Below are positions 59,578 to 64,000 of a stretch of 64,000 bases of DNA, in pieces. A program made the position numbers and the translations under genes. Under the pieces are notes generated by a model. That model was not told the origin of the DNA and made no database searches. It worked only from the letters and a program-made list of their open reading frames with translations. Location of the stretch: NCBI RefSeq assembly GCF_938046015.1, contig NZ_CALIXW010000035.1, forward strand, positions 18,989 through 82,988, written 5' to 3'. Numbering within the stretch: the first letter of the stretch is position 1; the number at the start of each line of letters is the position of its first letter. The DNA is from an uncultured Porphyromonas sp. GTDB lineage: Bacteria; Bacteroidota; Bacteroidia; Bacteroidales; Porphyromonadaceae.

Positions 59578-61179
59578 ATGCTCTCTATGAAAAAGTATAG
59601 ACTATGGGCCCTCGCAGCATGCGCCCTCTCGCTGACTGCACTGCCCTCATGTAAGAGTGATCTGCTGGACCTCAAGCCCATTGACCACTACGGCACCAAC
59701 AACTACTGGAACAACCTCGCTCAGGTAGAGGCGAACTACCAGGCCCTCAATGGTATCCTGCGCAACAACTACTCTGTCTTCCGCGTCTTTGGCGAGCTGC
59801 GCGCCGGTACGATGAAGTTCACCGTATCGGCCACAGGCGAGAGTCAGTCCTCCGTGGAGGTAAAGCAGAGCGTCCTGGATGCTGACCGTCCTGGGATCTC
59901 CAACTGGGGCGGCCTCTACGGTGACCTGCTGCACATCAACCTCTTCATCAAGAAGGTAGAGACGCAGTGCCCCTTCCTCACGGACGCCGAGCGCAAGACC
60001 TACCTAGGTAAGGCCTACGGTATCCGCGCCTACATCTACTTCGTGCTCTACAAGAGCTACGGGGGGGTAGTCCTCGAGACGGAGCCCCGTGTAGCCGAGG
60101 AGGCGATCACCGACCCCACGAGCTACCACAAGGCGCGCTCCTCGGCTGAGGAGACGCTGGACTTCATCAAGAAGGATGTAGAGAAGTCCTCCGAGCTGTT
60201 GGCCACGAGCCCCTGGAAGAGCATCAAGACCGAGTGGTCGCGTGCTGCTACCGAGCTCCTCAAGGCTGAGGTCTACCTCTGGTCGGCTAAGGTGACTACG
60301 GGCAACCATACCGCCACGGGTGAGGCTGACCTGCGCAAGGCGAAGACCGCCCTCGAGGGTATCGTCGGCAGCCAGGCCTTCGACCTGGAGGATAAGTTCG
60401 CTGCGAACTTCGACGCCAAGAAGAAGAACGGTAAGGAGATCATCCTCAACCTCTACTTCGACCGCCAGGAGGCCACCAATGACTACGGTCACTACATGTA
60501 CCAGAACCGTCTCTTCGTAGGCTCGGCCCGCGATAAGAACGGGGTGCTCTTCCCTGGGGATACGCTCAAGGCGATGAGCACGGGGATCCTCTACAACGAG
60601 TACAAGCCTAGCTTCGTGGCTAGCTTCGATGAGGATGACACGCGTCGTAGCGCTACCTTCTTCGAGTTCACGGTCGGTACGCCAGGCAACCTGCTCCCCG
60701 GCTCGGTATTCCTCAAGTATCAGGGACAGCTCTATTCGGACAATGCGCACATCTATGACAGCAATGTCATCCTCTACCGCTATGCCGATGTCCTGCTACT
60801 GCTGGCTGAGGTGAAGAATGCCCTGGGCGAAGATCCCTCGGCGGAGCTCAACCTGATCCGCAAGCGTGCCTTCGGGACGAAGTTCGCAGGGCATGAGTTC
60901 GTCAGCGGCGACTTCGCAGCCAACGAGCTGGCTATCCTCAAGGAGCGTGACCACGAGTTCGCAGGGGAGTACAAGCGCTGGTATGACCTGCTTCGTCTGC
61001 AGGATGCCAGCAAGCAACCCCTGGTCTTCTCCGCTGCTGCTGCTTACTCCGACGACCATCTGACGGGGACAGCTCCTACGCCTATCCTCAAGACGACGGA
61101 GCGTCAGAAGCTCCTCTGGCCTGTGGACCGCACGGTGCTCAATAACGACCCGCTGATCAAGCAGACCGAGGGCTACTAA
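59578..61179 (+). CDS. SusD/RagB-family nutrient-binding outer-membrane lipoprotein
   Basis: 533 aa. Lipoprotein signal (LTALPSCKSD) and TPR-like SusD fold. Starts 6 bp after susC. An alternative start is MKKYRLW at 59587. Confidence 0.85.
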   Translation: MLSMKKYRLWALAACALSLTALPSCKSDLLDLKPIDHYGTNNYWNNLAQVEANYQALNGILRNNYSVFRVFGELRAGTMKFTVSATGESQSSVEVKQSVLDADRPGISNWGGLYGDLLHINLFIKKVETQCPFLTDAERKTYLGKAYGIRAYIYFVLYKSYGGVVLETEPRVAEEAITDPTSYHKARSSAEETLDFIKKDVEKSSELLATSPWKSIKTEWSRAATELLKAEVYLWSAKVTTGNHTATGEADLRKAKTALEGIVGSQAFDLEDKFAANFDAKKKNGKEIILNLYFDRQEATNDYGHYMYQNRLFVGSARDKNGVLFPGDTLKAMSTGILYNEYKPSFVASFDEDDTRRSATFFEFTVGTPGNLLPGSVFLKYQGQLYSDNAHIYDSNVILYRYADVLLLLAEVKNALGEDPSAELNLIRKRAFGTKFAGHEFVSGDFAANELAILKERDHEFAGEYKRWYDLLRLQDASKQPLVFSAAAAYSDDHLTGTAPTPILKTTERQKLLWPVDRTVLNNDPLIKQTEGY

Positions 61180-61228
61180 GCCTATCATCTACGGGGGAGG
61201 CTCTTTGGAGCCCCGCCCCCCTTCCTAG

Positions 61229-61284
61229 CGCAGCGGCCGCAGCTGTCCCGTCGAGACGGGCACTGCGGCCGCTGCCCTTTTTTG
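61229..61284 (+). terminator. intrinsic terminator after the SusD-like gene
   Basis: gcagcggccgcag ... ctgcggccgctgc followed by ccttttttgtg. Confidence 0.65.
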
Positions 61285-61437
61285 TGCCTTGGAGGCTGGC
61301 GTGGCTGGGGGCGTGTCGGCCTCTGGTAGGGCGGATTTCGTCTGGGGCGTCCTCTCTGTAGGCTAGCTTCGCCTCGTCTTGCTCTTCGTCTCGTCCTCCT
61401 TGCCCTTTGCCTTTCTCCTACTATATCCTAGGCGCTT

Positions 61438-61523
61438 TGACTGATATCCCTCAGCGCTCTGACTGACGTCCCTCAGTCTCGTCCCCCTTATCCCTCAGCA
61501 GGCTGACTGATGTCCCTCAGCGC
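61438..61523. repeat. array of 4 units of the 22-bp near-palindromic repeat (opposite orientation)
   Basis: ctgactgatatccctcagcgctct / gactgacgtccctcagtctcgtcc / cccttatccctcagcaggct / gactgatgtccctcagcgcggtg. Confidence 0.85.
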
Positions 61524-61630
61524 GGTGCAGTTGGGCTCGCGCTGCTGGGAGGGGTCTAGTGGGGTGCGGCTGAGGGGCGAGGGGCTAAGGCATTCTTTGT
61601 ACATTTGTGCTATACGATCTAGGGAGTCTC

Positions 61631-64000
61631 ATGGGGCTCCTGCATTATCTCAAGCATTACGCGATGTCACTACGATCTTCGATTGCACTATGGGGGCTCG
61701 GCCTGGGACTACTCAGTCCGCTCGGCGCGCCACTTGCCCTAAGGGCCCAGACCCAAGTCCAACAGACCGCTCAGACCAAGACCCAGCCTAGCCTCGAGCA
61801 GCTGCGTAGCAGGCTCAAGGCCGCTCAGGAGCAGCGTCACCTCCGCGACGCGGTGACGGCCGCAGAGGAGCTCTTCGATGCTGCCTCGGGTCAGCACCGC
61901 CTCGATGTACTCCTCGAGGCCACTACGGCACTGGTAGAGGCGAAGAGCTCCCTCAAGGGGCCGAGTACGGCGGAGTCCCAGCTGGGGATTTCCCTAGCCT
62001 CCATCGAGCAAGCGCCTTGGCTCAGCCCCCGTGAGCGTATCCTCCTAGGGCTCTACAGCCTACGTATGATCTCGAACTATAGCACGCGTGTAGGCGCAGC
62101 CTTCGACACGCCGCTCCCCGTCAAGGTGCGTCCGCTCTCCGAGCTCCTGCACTGGCATGAGGCCGACCTGGATCGCTACTACCTCCAGCTGGTGGAGCAG
62201 CTCCGAGGGGCGGGCTCTGCCCTCATGCAGCCGATCCCTACCCCTTACCTTGAGCTGCTGGATCTAGCTGGGGGGACGAAGGCCTCGGGACAAACGGGGA
62301 TCTCGGTGCTCCTAGAGCTCCTCGACTACCTGCACGATATGCGCGGGGGAGGCAGTAGGTATCCTGCTGGCTTACTCCCCACCGAGCCGGGGCTCCTGAC
62401 CCTAGCTCGTAGTGCAGGGCCCAAGAGCTATAGCGCCCTCCTGGCCGACTACCTCGCTCTGGAGCGCGAGCTGAAGAGCCAGTCGGGGAGGCTGACGGCG
62501 CGTCAGGCTATGGAGCGTATCGAGCACTTCGCCCAGCGCTATCAGGGTCAGCGCTACTTTGGCTCCGTAGCGGCCAACCTCGTGGACCTCTACAGCAACG
62601 AGCCGCTGGAGGCCGCGCGCTTCGCGGATCGCCTCCTCAGCCAGGCGGGGCAGCTGCAGCCCGACGACCTGAAGCAGCTGCGGCAGGCGCGTGCTGAGCG
62701 CCTCGAGCCGAGTATGTCCCTCAAGCTGGAGCAGACCTGGGGGATGCCGGACAAGGTCTCCCTGCGTCTCGACACGGCCTACCTCGTGCGTGGGCTGCAG
62801 GTGAGTCTCTACGAGGCGCCACGCGTCTACCGCCCCACCGAGCGTCGGGAGGACTGGAGGCCCAGTGCTCAGGATAAGCCCGTGCTGGTCAAGCAGTGCG
62901 CGCTCCCCCTCGATAGCCTCGCCAAGGTGGGGAAGCAGGTTGTCCTAGAGCTCAAGCTACCCCAGCGCCGCGACTACTTCGTCCGTGTACGCGCCGAGCT
63001 CGATCCGCGTGCCTCGCAGCAGCAGCCCTTGGTGCATGAGGAGTCCTTCCTCAGCAGTGCCTTCATGGTACTAGATCTCTGGTCCTCCGCTAGCCCCAAT
63101 CATGTGCCTCGGCAGTGGCTCGACGCAGCTACGGGGCGTCCGCTCTCGGGGCTCGAGCTCGCTCGGTATAGGTATGATCAGCGCCATCAGAGTCTACCCA
63201 CACTAGCGGGTAGCCTACGCACCGATAGCCTTGGGCTCATCCTCCTCGACCGCCGTGAGTCGCAGAGGAGCGTCCTACAGGCACGCGACCTCAGGGATCC
63301 GCTTCGTGTCGAGGACTACGGCTATGACGAGGAGCCCCAGCCTGCCATCGACTTCGCAGCCCGCGGGCTCCGACTGTGGGTGACGACCGACCGCCCCGCC
63401 TACCGCCCAGGCCAAGTGATGCATATCTATGGCGAGGCCGTCGATGTGGGCTTCCTCGCACGGCAGGCACGCCCTGCTCGAGGGCAGCGCATACGCCTCG
63501 AGCTGAGCGATGTCCGTGGGGAGCTGCTGTGGTCCGAGGAGGTACGTAGCGATGAGCTGGGCCGCTATCATGCTAGTCATCAACTAGCTACAGAGACGCT
63601 CCTCGGGCAGCTTCGCCTTCGTGCACGCTTCGTCGAGCCCCAGGGCTATCAGTACCGACAGACCCAGGCGCAGGCCCTAGCACAGCTCCTCGAGTACAAG
63701 CGTCGCGCGCTGGAGCTGGAGCTCGAGGAGCCGCCGAGACCCTATCCCGCGGATGCTCTGCTGAGCGTCAAGGGGCAGCTGCACCGCCTCAGTGGTGAGC
63801 CCGTCGAGCGGGCGCGTCTGCGCTGTGTGGTGCGTGCCGAGCAGCTGTGGCGCCCGTGGCGCGCGATCTATGACTATGCCTCGCCCCGTGTGCTCCTGGA
63901 TAGCACGCTGCGCTCGGGGGCAGATGGCGCCTTCGCTCTGCCGCTGGATCTAGCTGCCCTACGCCGTCAGCTAGAGCAAGACGAACAGGACCTGGGTAGC
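61631..64000 (+). CDS. alpha-2-macroglobulin-like (MG-domain) secreted protein, 5' partial (runs off the window end)
   Basis: Hand translation in frame 2 from the ATG at 61631 has no stop to the window end (more than 789 codons). Signal-peptide-like LWGLGLGLLSPLGAPLALRAQ. MG-domain-like motif TDRPAYRPGQVMHIYGEAVD. Not in the ORF track because no stop codon falls within the window. Confidence 0.5.
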   Translation, partial: MGLLHYLKHYAMSLRSSIALWGLGLGLLSPLGAPLALRAQTQVQQTAQTKTQPSLEQLRSRLKAAQEQRHLRDAVTAAEELFDAASGQHRLDVLLEATTALVEAKSSLKGPSTAESQLGISLASIEQAPWLSPRERILLGLYSLRMISNYSTRVGAAFDTPLPVKVRPLSELLHWHEADLDRYYLQLVEQLRGAGSALMQPIPTPYLELLDLAGGTKASGQTGISVLLELLDYLHDMRGGGSRYPAGLLPTEPGLLTLARSAGPKSYSALLADYLALERELKSQSGRLTARQAMERIEHFAQRYQGQRYFGSVAANLVDLYSNEPLEAARFADRLLSQAGQLQPDDLKQLRQARAERLEPSMSLKLEQTWGMPDKVSLRLDTAYLVRGLQVSLYEAPRVYRPTERREDWRPSAQDKPVLVKQCALPLDSLAKVGKQVVLELKLPQRRDYFVRVRAELDPRASQQQPLVHEESFLSSAFMVLDLWSSASPNHVPRQWLDAATGRPLSGLELARYRYDQRHQSLPTLAGSLRTDSLGLILLDRRESQRSVLQARDLRDPLRVEDYGYDEEPQPAIDFAARGLRLWVTTDRPAYRPGQVMHIYGEAVDVGFLARQARPARGQRIRLELSDVRGELLWSEEVRSDELGRYHASHQLATETLLGQLRLRARFVEPQGYQYRQTQAQALAQLLEYKRRALELELEEPPRPYPADALLSVKGQLHRLSGEPVERARLRCVVRAEQLWRPWRAIYDYASPRVLLDSTLRSGADGAFALPLDLAALRRQLEQDEQDLGS

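Noticed and set aside
61510-61791. 93-aa ORF at 61510-61791 (+)
   Set aside because: It is overlapped in another frame by the long alpha-2-macroglobulin-like ORF that begins at 61631 with a convincing signal peptide.

Overview
By eye the window is strongly GC-rich, with G/C-dominated third codon positions. It reads as chromosomal DNA from a Bacteroidota organism, most likely an anaerobic member of the Bacteroidales. Gene content supporting this: a SusC/SusD pair, meso-DAP dehydrogenase, an FprA-type flavodiiron protein, an NDH-2, and Bacteroidetes-style TAnnTTTG -7 promoter boxes. About 45 genes can be assigned with confidence. Most are housekeeping: ribosome-assembly GTPases era and der, rpmF, fabH, pgk, gapA, aspS, miaA, efp, ftsH, cdsA, tsaD, recX, prmC, ribD and mnmA. 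Interspersed are glycan-foraging genes: nagB, a 1343-aa GH2 beta-galactosidase, a nanA/AGE-epimerase sialic-acid pair, a SusC/SusD pair and a partial alpha-2-macroglobulin-like gene. The most unusual content is non-coding. First, a tandem array of about 3.2 copies of a ~384-bp unit, built from nested long perfect hairpins, lies at 13.6-14.8 kb. Second, a family of 22-bp tandem units with a near-palindromic 16-bp core and a GATATC centre (consensus roughly GAGGGAYRTCMGTCAG plus 6 bp) occurs at 10 or more intergenic loci across the window. Third, a rearranged inverted copy of the 384-bp element lies at ~19.6-20.0 kb. Together with 22-bp arrays these form an inverted-repeat-bounded ~4.3-kb cassette between pgk and gapA; the cassette carries a LuxR regulator, a hemerythrin-like protein, a PfkB kinase, a membrane protein and YtxH. 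No tRNA, rRNA, CRISPR, transposase or integrase was recognised. Because GC content suppresses stop codons, many long antisense ORFs in the track are artefacts. Two real genes are absent from the track: rpmF (58 aa) and the alpha-2-macroglobulin-like ORF that runs off the 3' end.
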